64,000 nucleotides of DNA from Vitrella brassicaformis CCMP3155 (GCA_001179505.1 CDMY01000581.1:186001-250000); one strand, 5' to 3'. Shown: positions 1 through 13,693, counted from the stretch's first letter. The notes: generated by a model not told the origin, from the letters alone. Program-made: numbers and translations.

Positions 1-1382
1 ACTGACACCCAGACTACCAAACGGGCCATTCGCAAACACCGGAAACCCGCCACCGCCGCCGTTGTTGCCGCCCATCGGCAACGAGTCGACGGCCATGTCG
101 TTGGCAGCGTTGGCATTGCTGTGGGCGTTGGGCGTGTGTGGGTGTGGGGCGCACTGGGGGTTCATGAGGGGTCGCTTGCGTGTGGTGGGCTGGTGGACGG
201 CCGGGGGAGGGCCGGATGGCACGAGCTGGGACGGCCGGGCGGCCTCGGGCACACAAACGCGGTCGAGCAGACTGGGACGCTCTGATAGACAGACAGAGAG
301 ACAGAGAGTTGAGAGAAGAACCAATCACGTCCCCCACATTCACTCGGCCCATCTAATCCCTCCCTCCCTGCCCTGCCTTACACACCGCTTGTGGATACAA
401 CATCCTCGATGCGTCTGTGCATGTCAGCCAGGCGTCTGTGCATGTCCCCCAGCCGGTTGTCGATCTGTCTTTCCTCCTCCCTCGCCCGCACCTCCGTGTC
501 CTCCCGCATCTGTCTCATGTCCGCCTGCAGCGCGTTGACGTCCGCCTGCAGCGTATTGACGCTCTGCGCCATGCTGGTGAGCATCGTCTCGACGTCCTCG
601 AGACGCGTGAGCACCGGGCCGATCTGCTTGACCAGCGGCTCCATCTCACCCATGCGCTCCGTCAGATCGTCCAGCACCCGGATCGTGGGCATGTGGTAAC
701 GCTCCAGGAACTCCTGCACCGTCGTCGGCGACGCGTACCACCCACCACCACCCCCACCGCTGCGCACACCGTTCGCCTGTGTCTGCTGTGGCGCCGTGCT
801 GCTCATGCGCTCTTGGTGCTGCTGCTGTTGGTCGGCGAATCGGTTGTACTGTGGCTCACGGGTGAAGTAGCCGCCGCCCTGTGTCTGCCCGTTGCCGCCT
901 GACTCGTTGCTGCGTGGCTCCATCCATGGCTGCTGGTGCGATGAGGCGGGGAAGCCCGACTGGTGGCGGTGGTACTGCTGCTGCTGCTGGCCGCTGTGGT
1001 TGGGATGTGACTGCGGGGAGCCGGTGTTGAGCTCGCCACTGCCGTGCCCTGGCGGCATCATGTTGGGGCGCCGGTCGTTGCTCGACGCAGGCGACTTCCA
1101 GCCGGTGCCCCTGTCGTGCTGCTGGTGCTGCTTGAGCAAAGCGTGCGGCAGCAAGCCGCTGCCGCCACACATCAAACGGCCGCTGGTGTTGGCGGGCGGC
1201 GCACTGGAGGAGCCGTTGACGTATGTGTCGTGCTGTGCTCTGCCGCCCATTTGGTAGTGGTTGGGGGTGGTGGGCTGCGAGTGGTGGCCGAAGCCAGGCC
1301 CGGATGAGGCCGGGTCGCCCATCGAGCCGCGGTGGCCATGGGACGGGCGCACCTGATACGGCTGATTCATCGGACAACTCAT
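1..1382 (-). CDS. Hypothetical protein with Q/G/H-rich low-complexity N-terminus and coiled coil; 3' end runs off the window
   Basis: ORF 378..1382 has a heptad-like segment (LEDVETMLTSMAQSVNTLQADVNALQADMRQM). A GT donor near 385 and AG acceptor near 283 join it in frame to an exon (ERPSLLDRVCVPEAARP...) that stays open to position 1. Confidence 0.6.
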
Positions 1383-1683
1383 TCAGTCCACTACTGCAGA
1401 CAGCTGGGCGTGAGCCGGGTGCTGACGTGACGCGAGAGGGGGACGGACAAGGCTGAAACTCGGAGATCTGCCGTCAGTGAGGCCTCACCACGCCTCCGCC
1501 GCCCTCTATGCTTCAACGGCGAGTCCGGGGAGGCTGATCAGCACGCACTTGTCGGGAAGAACCGTCATCCACGATGCATTCACCGTGCGTCCATCTCAGA
1601 CAGCCGAGGACGTACGTGCCAAACCAAGCTACAGGTTTCAAGAGGCTGGGAAAACTCTGGGTCGCTTTCCCACAGCTCGCAAA

Positions 1684-4478
1684 ATGATGTGGCGTCCGAA
1701 GAAGGCAAGAGAGCAGCAGGAGGCGGCAGCATCCTCTTCTGCTCGGGAATCATCAGATGCACCAGCGGCTGCAGCAGATGCAGCAGCGGCTGCAGATGTG
1801 GCCTTTGACGCGAGGCAAGACGACCTGGAGGAGGAAAGCGGCAGCGACGGAGAGGAGGAGCAAGGGGATGAGGATGAGGATGATTTCCCCCCCTGCATCG
1901 TATGTTTCGAGCCCTTGGTCTTTGCGGCAGTGCCGCCCTGCAACCAGTAAGAGATAGAGGGAACACAGAGCACAAGACATACCTGACTTGGTGATTTCGT
2001 GTGTGCGTGTGTGCGTGTGTGTGTGTGTGTGTGTGTGCAGTCGTATGGTTTGTAGCGTGTGTGCTCTGACTGTCCGTTCGCTGCTGGCCGACAGGCGATG
2101 CTGCTACTGCCAGGCAGGCAGGCAGGCAGGGTTGACTGACCATTGATTGCATTGCTTGCTAGGAATATATCGTCAGTCAGTGTGTCCTGCCTGAGTGTGT
2201 GCTGTTTGTCGGTGTGTGTCTGTTCTGTGTGAGGTGTGTGCAGGTGGAGTCAGAGCATCTGATCGTCACCAAGACAGACAAGCGATACCAGGACTGGGGC
2301 ATGTACGTATATACGTGTGCAGAGCAGATGAAGGCATGCAGCACGAATGAATGCATTCATTGATTGGTTCATTCTCCTGTGTGCGCCGTGTACGTGTCAG
2401 ATTTGGCACCACAGCCACCAATGGCTACCTCAAGTGGGACCCTGACACTGGTCGGTCAGTCAATGAGTCAGCCTGCAGACACATGCCATGCCACTCACAC
2501 GCGCACACCACCCCATTGATTGGCCTGGCCACCCATCCGTCTGGTCTGCCCTCACTCACTCAGAGTGCTTCTACGACGACGTCGATCACTTGCACTTCCT
2601 CAAGGGTCTGTCCAAGAAGCTCTGTCCCATCTGTCTCGCTGATCGACGGAGAAGAGCCGGCGAGGGCGGCTCAGGGGGTGAGGCGCGGAATGACTTCGGC
2701 TTGAAGGAGTTCGCTTCCATCGACGACCTCAAGAAGCACCTCAGACACGCACGTACCGTACGCACGGCTATAGCCTGCCATGCACAAGGGCAGCAGTGTG
2801 TGAGTGTGTGTGGATGGCTCCGTGGTCTGTTTGGTTGTGTTGTTTTGTGTTGTGTTGTTTGATGCAGACGACAGGTACTTGTGCGACATCTGCCTGGCGC
2901 ACAGGAAGGTGTTTCTGCAGCAGCAGCAGCTGTTCACCCAGAGCGGCCTCCACAGACACATCCGAAAGGGCGATGGCGACTCCTCATTCAAAGGTCAGAC
3001 GACAGACACACAGGCAGCCAGGCAGCCAGGCACATGTGTGGTCGTGTGTCACGTGTCTGTCATGTGTGCCGTTTGTTTGTGTCATGTAGGTCACCCCTTC
3101 TGTAAGTGGTGCCGAACGAACTTCTACGGCGACGCTGAGCTGTACGGCCATCTGCAGCAGGAGCACTTCACTTGCCAGATCTGCAGGCGTGACAATAACT
3201 CACCATTCAGATACTCATTCTTCCGCCAATACGACGACCTCGAGAGACACTTCAGAAAGGCATGTGTCCACCTGCATCAACCAACCGACCAATGGTGCGG
3301 ACCGGTTTCTGTGTGTTTGTGCAGGAGCACTACCTGTGTGAGCACCGTGAGTGCCTCGAGGCCAAGTGGGTGGTCTTCGCATCGCCTGTCGACCTCAAGG
3401 CTCACATGGTCGGTGGTGGGCCACACACATACATACCTGCACGCAAGCGTACACAGTCGACACACGTGTGTGTGTGTGTGTGTGGTGGTGGTGCATCCGT
3501 CCGTCAGATCGAGGTCCACGGCTCCACCGACAGATACCTCCCCGTCAACTTCACCATAAGGCGGTCCGACCGAGCCGGCGAGGGCGTCCGCGATCCAGGT
3601 GTGAGAACAGGCGGAGACGCAATGGATGGATGGCAAGTTGGCATACATACTGGCAGGCAGCCGCATGTGGTGGGTCGTGTGTGTGTGTTCATGTAGATGA
3701 TTCTGGCACTCTGACGATGGGCCCTGTCGCTCAAATCAGAGCATCAGACAGGTACACTTACTCATCAGACCTCACCCACAGTATAGACACCATCCAGTTG
3801 ATTATGCTTGTGTCCTCTTGCTTCAGGCCCTTCAACGCCCCTCTGTCGTCCGGTGCCTTCACATCAGGCGGCCACGACCAATCGGCAGCAGCAGCCAATG
3901 CACCACAGGGGGACTTCGACATGGTACCACACTGACCCTCTCACACACCCATACCTACACACGAGCAGACACACGCCACACACGTGGTTTGTGTCTTCCT
4001 GTCTCAGAGTGGGACAGACTTCCCCTCCCTGCCAGCAGATCGAGGCGGTCCCATTGGCTGGCCGCCCTCATCACGTGCAGGCCGTGGGAAGGCCGCTCCG
4101 GCAAGCCGAGGCGGGGCGGACTTCCCATCACTCGGACGACCCTCGGCTGCAAAGTCGAGTGCACCAAGCGGAAGTTCTGGCAAGTGGGGACGGCCTGGGG
4201 CTCGCGCGAGGGGGAACGCGTCGAGTTCGGCCAACGGTTTCCCCGCACTGCCGGTGAGGCCAGCAGCCACCGGCAGACGTCACACAAGAGTCTCAGTGTG
4301 TGGGTGTGTGGTGTGTCAGACGCCGGCGTGGGGCGGTGCGGGTGCATCGTCACCTTCGTCGGCAGCAGTAGCTGGTGCTGCCGGTGGTGGTGGCGGTGGC
4401 AAGGGCAAGAAGAACAAAGGGAAGGGCAAGGGAGGGGTGGACAAGGCACTGGCCAAACTGGCGATTCGACAGGGGTGA
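1684..4478 (+). CDS. ZNF598: ZNF598/Hel2-like E3 ubiquitin ligase (RING plus C2H2 zinc fingers; ribosome quality control)
   Basis: Spliced translation gives an N-terminal RING (CIVCFEP...PCNH...CSVC...CCYC), then the family-typical finger array: YLCDICLAHRKVF, GHPFCKWCRTNFYGDAELYGHLQQEHFTCQIC, HFRKEHYLCEHRECLEAKWVVF, then a G/S-rich tail with DFPSL-type motifs. Confidence 0.9.
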
Positions 4479-4743
4479 GATGAGAATGAAATCAGCCCAT
4501 CTGAGGACTGCGTTCGTGTATGTTTATCCGTGCGTGTGGTGACTTTATCTCGTTGTCATTCGATGAACACACCTCGTCATGCAATCGTGAAAGGTCCGCA
4601 TTGACGACATCGCATGGCCTACACACACGACAAAATGTCACATCCCTACAGAGCATTCGCTTTGCGGTCTCTCACTCGTCCAACACTCAGCCCTCACACA
4701 CCTAACACAGAAAACAGACCTCTCTGCTCCTAACTCATGGGAA

Positions 4744-5512
4744 CTAATTGCCGCCCGCCGCCACGAGCATTTCCTTGCCCTGCCTTTCCTTGATGACCTC
4801 CCTCTCAAATCTGTTGGCATCCCCCATCAGCTGGCCCTCGATAAACCTCGACAGCCATGCCGTTCGGAAGATCCGCGACACGAACCCCGGGATGGAATAA
4901 GCCACGCTCATGCGCATGAGACAGGAGGGCTGGTAGGGATCGCTAGCCGTGGACGGCAGGAACTCGACCTTGCCCCGGTTGGCGACGGCCCCTCTGCCCG
5001 GTATGGACTCCCACGCGATGATGTGTGGCCGCTGCTCGATGATGTTGCGCGCCTCGAAGGAAAGCGTGATGCCCAGCTTCCGCAGGGTCCATTTCGATAT
5101 CCTCGCTGACTCATCTATCCACTCAACGTGCCTATATATACCAAACAACACAGACAGGTGATCCACCCACTGCACTGCCCTGCGAAGAAGGAATCTTTCT
5201 CTCTGGTCACCTGAAGAGCCCGGACCAGCGCGGATGCATCGGGAGCTGGCAGTAGAGATCAAAAGCCTCCTCACGCGTCGCGTTGATCTCCTTGGCCACC
5301 GTGTGCTCTATCCATGGCCGCTCGGGCGAGTGCACCGCCGGGGTGGCGCCTTCTGCCGTCTGAGTGTCGGGCATCTTGGCTCTGTGGGCCCGCGAAGGCC
5401 TCAGCTGGCTCCACGACGGCCGGATCTGCCGCAGGAAGGATGTGCGCAGGAATGATGACGGCGAAATGGATGCCAGAGTCAGTGGAAGAAGAAACGCCTG
5501 CGGGCACACCAT
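4744..5512 (-). CDS. SRPBCC/START-fold polyketide cyclase/dehydrase-like protein with N-terminal targeting leader
   Basis: Two exons give WIEHTVAKEINATREEAFDLYCQLPMHPRWS...SKWTLRKLGITLSFEARNIIEQRPHIIAWESIPG...NRGKVEF...MSVAYSIP, the typical SRPBCC pattern. ATG at 5512 starts a hydrophobic then S/R-rich leader. Confidence 0.8.
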
Positions 5513-5649
5513 GAGGCCAGGAGAAGCGCGAGAAGGGGGAGTGGCGGAGTAAGTGGCTTTGGCAGGTTTTGCGAAACCCGGCAACCCGAAACCCGAACCC
5601 TGAGCATCACGTGCGACACAGAAAGCTGCGAATTGCTCACATCCGCGCC

Positions 5650-7420
5650 ATGTCGAGCCTGCGAGAAATGATGAAGCGCGAGAAGGCGCAGCGGCAGGCT
5701 GTCCGCCAGTCACGCACCAAGGACAAACCGCCAGCTCCGCAGACGCCTGCTGGCGTATCAGATGCCCCGCGTGCCGGTCCTGTCGTCCCACAGCAACCTC
5801 CAGCAGCGGCGACGGCGAAGCAAGATGAGGCGAAGCTTCAGGCCAACCGCGTGTCAGGGGGGCTATCGTCGATTCTCGGGATGGATTGTAAGCACAGCAC
5901 ACCAGAAAGAGCCATGTTGGCCGCAGTACGTAATCCGTGATTGCAAGCCTAACAACCTCTGTCCGTCTGTGAATCTGTACCGTGTGTGCATCAGATGGCG
6001 ATGAGGCGGCTGATGAGGATGCGTTGGCGATGCCTCCCCCTCCCCTCCCGCCGGCCTTCCTCGCACAACGGGCATCAGCAGCGCCTCCAGCCCCCTCCCC
6101 ACCACCACCACCAGCTCCTTCCCAGCCAGCCCCTACCGCTTCCCCTCCCGCTGTTCCCGGGGCCATGTATGGGCCACAGCCAGCACCCGCCGCCCCCGCT
6201 CATGCATCCTCCACAGGCGATGTGCGAGTGTGGTACGAAGACGAATACGAGATCATCGAGCCGGATGCGAGTGCGCTCCAGGCGAGCAGTGGCAAGGATG
6301 GGACTGCGGAGCCATCAGGAGCAGCAGATGGGGTCGGGAGCAGCCAGGGGAGGAAGCGTGAGAGGGGGGAGGGAGAGAAGGATGAGCAGGGGGAGGGCGG
6401 CAAGAAGGCTAGGGTGGAGGACCCTGCTGCTGCTGCCTCCGATGAGGCCGGTGTGGATGAGTGGGAGGCCGACGAAGAGCTCGACGATCGAGACGGTGAG
6501 CAGGGCGGGCCGCTAGGCACACTAGCACATGCACACAAATTGGATGGATGGTCATGATGACATGTCCACTCTTGTCGGTTGTGTGCAGCATACCAGCAAG
6601 AGGCCACACTTCTCCACAGCGAGCATGAGCCCGAGACGTCGGCTGGAGATGCTCAAATGGACGAGAGCGAGCCCAAGGCGGGACCAGGAGCGTCTGAGTT
6701 CGTGTCGCTAGCCATCAAGGCCAAGAAGGCCGCCAAGGCCGAGAGTCCTCTGCCGACGGGCTTCTTCGACGACCCAGAACAAGACGCAAAAGCCAGAGGT
6801 GGGTGAGTATAGCAAGCCACGCAGGCAGCCTTCTATGCATCTGTCTGTCTGTCCACATGTGGCACCAGGTCTTGAGAAGCCCTCATGGCGCAGAGACCGA
6901 GAGCTGGAGAGCGAGTTGAAGAGGTTTGAGGCTCAGATGGAGATCGAGCAACAAAAGAGGGTGAACTCCTGCCTGCCTGCCTGCCTGCCTGCATCAGCTG
7001 CTCATGTCATGTGTGTGTCTGTGTGCAGGAGTGGATGCAGCACAGGTCAGACGAAGAGAAAGCGGCCGACGATCTGGAAGAGCAAATCTCGCTTCAAAAG
7101 TGAGCATACACACCCACACATTTTTACTCACAACCAGCTGGTTGATGCATTGCATGCAAGCAATGATCATATCGTGATCATGTATCAGGGACTACGCGAG
7201 TCGATTCGAGCGCCTGCAGCAGCTGCGTGCCAAGCGGCGGGGCGACCCTGCACATGCACAAGACAGCCAGCCAGACAAGCAGCAAGACAGACAGGCAGTG
7301 GCACCAGCGGCGCCACAGAGAGGGCCGGCGGTGATGCAGCCAAGACGGGCAGACCAGGATGAGGACGCTGACGAGGACGATGTGGACGCCCTGCTGGACT
7401 GGCGGAAGAAACTGGTCTGA
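5650..7420 (+). CDS. ZNF830/CCDC16-like splicing-associated coiled-coil protein
   Basis: C-terminal signature LPTGFFDDPEQDAKARG...ELKRFEAQME...LLDWRKK resembles the ZNF830 family (LPxGFFDDP...DWRxK). No clear N-terminal zinc finger was seen. Confidence 0.65.
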
Positions 7421-7677
7421 GCCAGCCAACACATGTATGTGGGACTGAGTTGCATGAATGGATCTGTCGGCAGCGATCTCTGACCAGCCCTTTATCTAAA
7501 CGTAGCAACGCTTCACTTCCTTTTTGAGGCTGCATGAGTTGGCTAGCTCGCAGCCGAGCCCCCAGTTCGGCGACTTTCTCCCCCACCAGTCATGTTTCGC
7601 AAGCGTTTCTCTAAACGACTGGCTAGTGTTGGGTCATGCCTCTGCCCCAAGCTCGGTCGGAACGGCAAACCGCCATC
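6989..7677 (+). repeat. Direct repeat copy A (ZNF830-like 3' exons, intergenic DNA and 5' end of family-X gene); copy B at 15111..15813
   Basis: Near-identical sequence with scattered substitutions and indels (e.g. tcagacgaag vs aaagacgaag). Copy A is cut by the N gap. Confidence 0.95.
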
Positions 7678-7977
7678 NNNNNNNNNNNNNNNNNNNNNNN
7701 NNNNNNNNNNNNNNNNNNNNNNNNNNNNNNNNNNNNNNNNNNNNNNNNNNNNNNNNNNNNNNNNNNNNNNNNNNNNNNNNNNNNNNNNNNNNNNNNNNNN
7801 NNNNNNNNNNNNNNNNNNNNNNNNNNNNNNNNNNNNNNNNNNNNNNNNNNNNNNNNNNNNNNNNNNNNNNNNNNNNNNNNNNNNNNNNNNNNNNNNNNNN
7901 NNNNNNNNNNNNNNNNNNNNNNNNNNNNNNNNNNNNNNNNNNNNNNNNNNNNNNNNNNNNNNNNNNNNNNNNNNNNN
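7678..7977. other. Assembly gap (300 N)
   Basis: Run of N. Confidence 1.
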
Positions 7978-10900
7978 GCCACATTGACACAAACGGAAAG
8001 GGGCGGGCTGTGCGAGTGGGTGGGATGAAGAAGGCCCACAGCGTTGCGAGAGAGAAGGCGCTGAAGGAGCTCGCCATGAAAGTCGAGGGGCAAGGTCAGT
8101 GAGCAGATTGCTTCAAGGTCGGCACGTTGACGAGTGTCTGTGTCTGTGCATGTGTGTATTTTCAGGTTACAAGTACGACGGTGGTCGTGAGGGCATTGTC
8201 TGGTACAGAGTAGTGAGCTTCAATCAGCTGTGGCAGCTCATCGGCTCCGCCAAAGACACCGACACATATAAGGTGAGCCACACAGCACAGCGGAGCGCAG
8301 CAGCACCCATCTCTCCGTCTCACGCACATTCCTCCTTCCTGCCTTCAGTTGGTCCGCGGCAACACGATGATGGGCGTGTACCAGAATGAGAAGTTCGACG
8401 TGTACATCGACATCTCCGCCATCCCATCACTCGGCGAGATTTCCCTCACTGACGTCAACAACCAGCAGCAGATCGACATCGGCTCGGCCGTCACGCTCAC
8501 CGAGCTGCGGGCATTCCTGCTGGAACACGACAAGCGGCGCGGGGAGCTGACGAGCAAGTACGGTGTGCTGGCCTCGCACATCCACATGGTGGCCAACTGG
8601 CACGTGAGGAACGTCGCATCGTGGGCGGGCAACCTCGTCATGGCCAGAGAGAAAGGTCCGCCTGTCCAGCCGCCCATCCATCCATCCACACACACGCATA
8701 TAAAGGATGTGTGGGTGCAGGTTTCCCCTCCGACCTGGCCACCATCCTGTCTGGTGCCGATGCAACTCTCACGGTCGACCTCATCACCACCACCACCCCC
8801 ACCAGCAGCAGCAAAGAGGAGGAGGGCTCCATCCATGCGCAGCCCGAGACGAGGGTCATGACGGTGCTCGACTTCGTCCGGACCGAGAGTTTCGGCGAGG
8901 GCAAGCGAGCCTTTGTGCGGCAGCTGCACCTGCCGGCCAGCGGGGCAGATCAACACATGAGAACCTTCAGGGCCGCGGTGAGTCAGTCAGCGAGACGGAC
9001 AGAGATGTGTACACTTCTGTGTGACATGGGGGTCCCGTCGGTGTGTCCTTTCGTTGTCTTGTTTCAGTTGCGTCCTCAGAACTCCCACGCCCTCCTGAAC
9101 GCCGCCTTCAACGCAAAACTGACCGCGTCGACCATCACCCAGTGCAGCATCGTCATCGGTGCAGGTGAGTGAGGCACCTGGACACACTGACACACTGACA
9201 CACAGACACACACACCGACGGGATCTTCCACGAATGGCATATCTGCAGTTGGCGGCGACCCGTCGGTCTTCCCCCATGGCCGTGCACTGAGCGCCCCGCT
9301 GACGAGTGAGCTGCTGAAGCATGTTGACCTCATCAAGGCCGCCATGAGCAATGAAGGAGAGGACTCACTCAAGGTCAGCCAGCCGATTGGATTGGTGCAG
9401 GTGTGTGTGCGTAAGTAGCCCACCCCCACCCCTTTTGCTTTTGTGTGTGGCTGTTCCCTTGCTGAATACAGGCCCTGTACACCAGTGCAGCTGCGCAGCT
9501 GCTCAAGGAGATGAAGCTCAAACCACTGCCAGAGTACACTGACACACACGGGGTCCCGGCGCGAAGGCACTGTTTGTGTCGTGTGTCGTGTGTCGCGTGC
9601 ACGCTCCTCTCTGTCTGTTTCTGTCTGCAGGTACGTGACGGTGACTCAGCCCGAGGCCAAGCTGGCCTACCGAGAGAGCCTCCTGCTCTCCTTCCTCTAC
9701 AAATTCGTCCTCACAATGCTGCACACAGCACTCAGGGTGGGCTGGGCTGGGCGAGTGAGATGAGACCGCCTTCCAACCCCAAAACACTCCAACCCTTCTC
9801 TGTACCTGCAATGGCTGGACTGAACAGGGTGCCGGCAAGTCCCTCCCCGCCCATCTCCTTTCAGCCATCGAGCCCCTCAAGCGCCCTGTGTCAGATGGCA
9901 ATCAGGCGTACAAGCCGGACCCCTCTCTCTACCCCGTCTCATACGCCATCCCCAAGCTCGCCGGACACGAGCAGGCGGCAGGAGAAGCCGAGTACGTCGA
10001 CGACCTTCCAAGCGGCAAGAGCGACCTCTATGCGGCCTTTGTGCTGGCGGGGCGGTGCTGCAGGACGATCGAGGGCATCAAGGCGGACAAGGCGCTGGCT
10101 GTGGATGGGGTGGAGGCGTTTGTGGGTGCGAGTGATGTGGTGTCGGTGATTGGGGGGAGCAACACTCCCGAGGGGTTTGGCGGGGAGGAGGTGTTTGCGA
10201 GCAGGGAGACGCTCTATGTGGGGCAGCCGGTGGGGATGGTCATTGCCACATCGCAGGTAGGTATCTTGCGATCCGTGCCACGCACATCTATCTATGGGCA
10301 GAAGGGTGAGTGAGTGGGTGTGGGTGCTTCTGCAGCGATTGGCCAACGAGGCTGCCCGCCTGGTCGAGGTGGAGTATGGCGCAGCGACAGCCACGCCCAT
10401 TCTCACCCTCCAAGACGCCATGGACAAAAGGAGCTTCTACAGGTACACACAACCGTGCACACAAACGAACACACGTCCACACGAATGACATGTCTGTGTG
10501 TGTGTGTTGTCATGCAGTCTGGATTTCTCTCTGCAGACGATCGCCAGTGGCAACGTCGAGGAGGGGTTAAAAAACGCTCCACACGTCGCATCGAGGTACA
10601 CACACGCACACACACACCATGTGGGCGCTTCCCATCCAAGCAACACCCTCTGGCCGTCCGTGTGTGTGTGTGTGTGTGTGTGGTGCTGTAGGCGCGTCTC
10701 ATGTGGCGGCCAATCCCACTTCTACATGGAGAAGCAGACCGCCTACTGCACTCCAGCCGACGGCGGCACACGCTTCACCCTCTACTCATCCACACAGGAC
10801 CCACAGCTCGCCCGAAGATGCGTCTCAAGCGCCTCCAACACGCCACCACACCACATCAACGTGGTCGCCAGGCGAGTCGGCGGCGCATACGGGGGCAAGC

Positions 10901-13693
10901 TCACACGCATGCTCCCGGCCGCCTGTGCATGCATGATCGGCGCCAAGATAATGAAGACTGCTGTGCGGATGGCCACCGACATCACCACCGACATGACCAT
11001 GAATGGGGGGAGGAACCCGTTCCTGGCGGACTACCGAGTTGGGTACTCGAGTGGGGGCGTGATAACGGCTCTGGACATCAGCAGCTACCAGAATGCGGGG
11101 TGCACTCTGGACTACAGCATTGGGGTGTGCCACGAGTACAATGAGGCGCTGGATAGCGTGTACTACGTGCCCAACTGGCGAAGCAGGGTGTTCCCATGCA
11201 GGTGGGCGAGGGGGCATGGCATGCACGGGGGGGCGGGCAGGCAGACACTCTGACGTGACGTGTTGTGGTGTGTGTGTGTGTAGGACCAACTTGCCGTCCA
11301 ACACTGCTGTGCGGAGCTTTGGACATATCCAATCAGCGTTCATCATCGAGTGCGTCATCGAGGTACGCCGACATCTGCGCATTCATTGACACACACACAC
11401 ACACACACACATCCTTACTCTCATGCATGGTCATTAGGATGTGGCCCGCCAAGTGGGCAAGACTCCCGAGGCCGTTCGAGAGCTCAACATGTACTCTCTG
11501 CGCAACGCCGTCAGCCCCACTGGACAGCCCCTGGAACACTACACCATGCCCACGGTGACAAGAGCACGGCACAGGCATAGCACACACATGGATGGTGTCT
11601 GTGTGTGTATGTGTGTGTGGTGTAGGTGTGGTCCCGCGTCAAGGACAAAGCTGGCTACGCTGACAGAGTTGCCGAGATTGAGCAGTACAATGCCGCTAAC
11701 CGGTACGACCGCCGCACACACACCCACAACCGCTCATACGCACTATGATGTTGTTGGTGCGATCGATACATTGTGTGCAGGTGGCGCAAGCGTGGCCTTG
11801 CCATTACGCCTGTCAAATATGGCGTCGGGTAAGCGTCTCCCTGTCGCACACGGACGATCTCCGAGCTGTGCTGCTCATGTGTGCTGTGCTGTGCTGTGCT
11901 GTTCAGGTGGCACCCGGCTGGCGCGTTGCTGAATGTGTCTGCGGACGGCACGGTTCTCATTTTCTCGGGCGGCGTCGAGATGGGCCAGGGCCTCCTCACC
12001 AAAGTCACACAGGTCTGGTCAAGTCACCACACCACATCACACACAGATGCACACACAGCCACTGCACAGCACACATTCAGTCCTGACTCGCTGTGTGTGT
12101 ATGTGTATCTGTGTGTGTGTGTGTGTGTAGGTGGCTGCCAAGACGCTGGGTGTGCCTATAGACAAGATAGTGATCGGCGACACCAACACGCACACAATTC
12201 CCAACTTCGGAGGAACAGGCGGCTCCGTCGGGTCGGGCACCAAGTGAGTGACCGTCTCACAAACAAACAACACAATCAGTCACATCGATGAACGAAATGT
12301 GTGTGTGTGTGTGTATGGTGGGGCCTCTGTGCAGTGCCGAGGCGGTCAGGTGAGTGAGTCGTGTGTGATCAACGGACGGACGGACGGATGGATGGACGGA
12401 TGGATGGACGTAGATTGGCGTGTGAGGAGCTAAAGGCGCGTCTGAGCCCGGTCAAGGACAAACTCATCGCTGACAACGACGGCAAGGTGCCCTCATGGGA
12501 GACACTCGTCAGCACCGCCAACCGCGCAGCCATCAACCTGTCCGTCACTGGTAGGCACAACACAACACACCACACGAACACACGCGTGATAATGGACGTA
12601 CTCGTCCCGTGTGTGTGTCGTATGTGTAGGTTATTTCGCGGCGCCCGGCACGTCCGGTGTGCATGAGGGTGTGGGCGGCCAGTGGTGGAAGTACCCTTCG
12701 TCCTACTTCAACTTCGGGGCGTGCTGCGTGGAGGCCGAGATAGACGTACTCACGGGCGAGGTGGAACTGAGAAGGTACACAGGGAGTCGAAAGGCAGGAC
12801 ACGAGACTGGCTGTGTCTCATGTCATGTCATGCGTGTGTTGTGTTGGTCGTGTAGGGCTGACTTGGTGTACGATTGTGGCCAGAGTCTCAATCCAGCCGT
12901 TGATATCGGGCAGGTGGGAAATGAGATGAAGCACGACAAGACAAGAACATGCCTGCACACACACACATGCTCATGCACACGTACGGCGTGTGTGTGTGAG
13001 TGTGTGTGTGCAGATTGAGGGCGGCTTCATCATGGGCGTCGGGTATTTCCTCCGAGAAGAAGTAAGTAGCACGGAAGCATGAATGCATGCCTGCAGATGG
13101 ACGGATGTGTGGGACGTTTCTCTGTTGCTTATTGCCTTTTTTGGCTGCTCTGCTTTGCTGTGCGATGCCTGCAGGTGCTGACCGGGCTCGGCGGTGAGAC
13201 CATTTCCAACGGCACATGGGAGTACAAACCGCCATGTTCACTCGATATACCCATTTCCTTCAATGTGGAGGTACGTGAGCCACACACACACACGCACACA
13301 ACCACAACCACACACACACCATGCGCCTGTGCATATGTGGATGCAGTTGCTGAAGGACTGTCCGTTCCCCAAGGGCATCCTCCGCAGCAAGGCGTCCGGT
13401 GAGCCGCCCATGATCCTCTCAAGAGCCGCGTACGGCGCCGTCAAGGCTGCTATCGAGTCAGCACCCACACACCCTCCCGTCAAACACAACAGGACACAAC
13501 ACACCGAGTCTGTGGAGTGAGTGGATGGTGTGGTTGATCGATCAGGGCTGCGAGGAAGGAGCGCGGTGTGAGTGCACCAGATGAGTCGACCGGCGATGTG
13601 CTGCTGTGGCATTCGCCGCTGACTGTGGATCGCGTGCAGCAGGCCTGCCACGTCACTGTGGGGCACATGAGCGACACGCTATGCCTCACTTGA
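7978..13693 (+). CDS. Xanthine dehydrogenase/aldehyde oxidase family molybdo-flavoprotein, aldehyde-oxidase-like; N-terminal 2Fe-2S part not visible
   Basis: FAD domain (LVRGNTMMGVY, HVRNVASWAGNL, FPSDLATIL). Moco domain motifs: QAAGEAEYVDD, GGQSHFYMEKQ, RRVGGAYGGK, GGRNP, SNTAVRSFG, GGVEMGQGLLTK, SLNPAVDIGQIEGGFIMGVG, TWEYKPP, SKASGEPP. Stop at 13691-13693. Confidence 0.95.
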
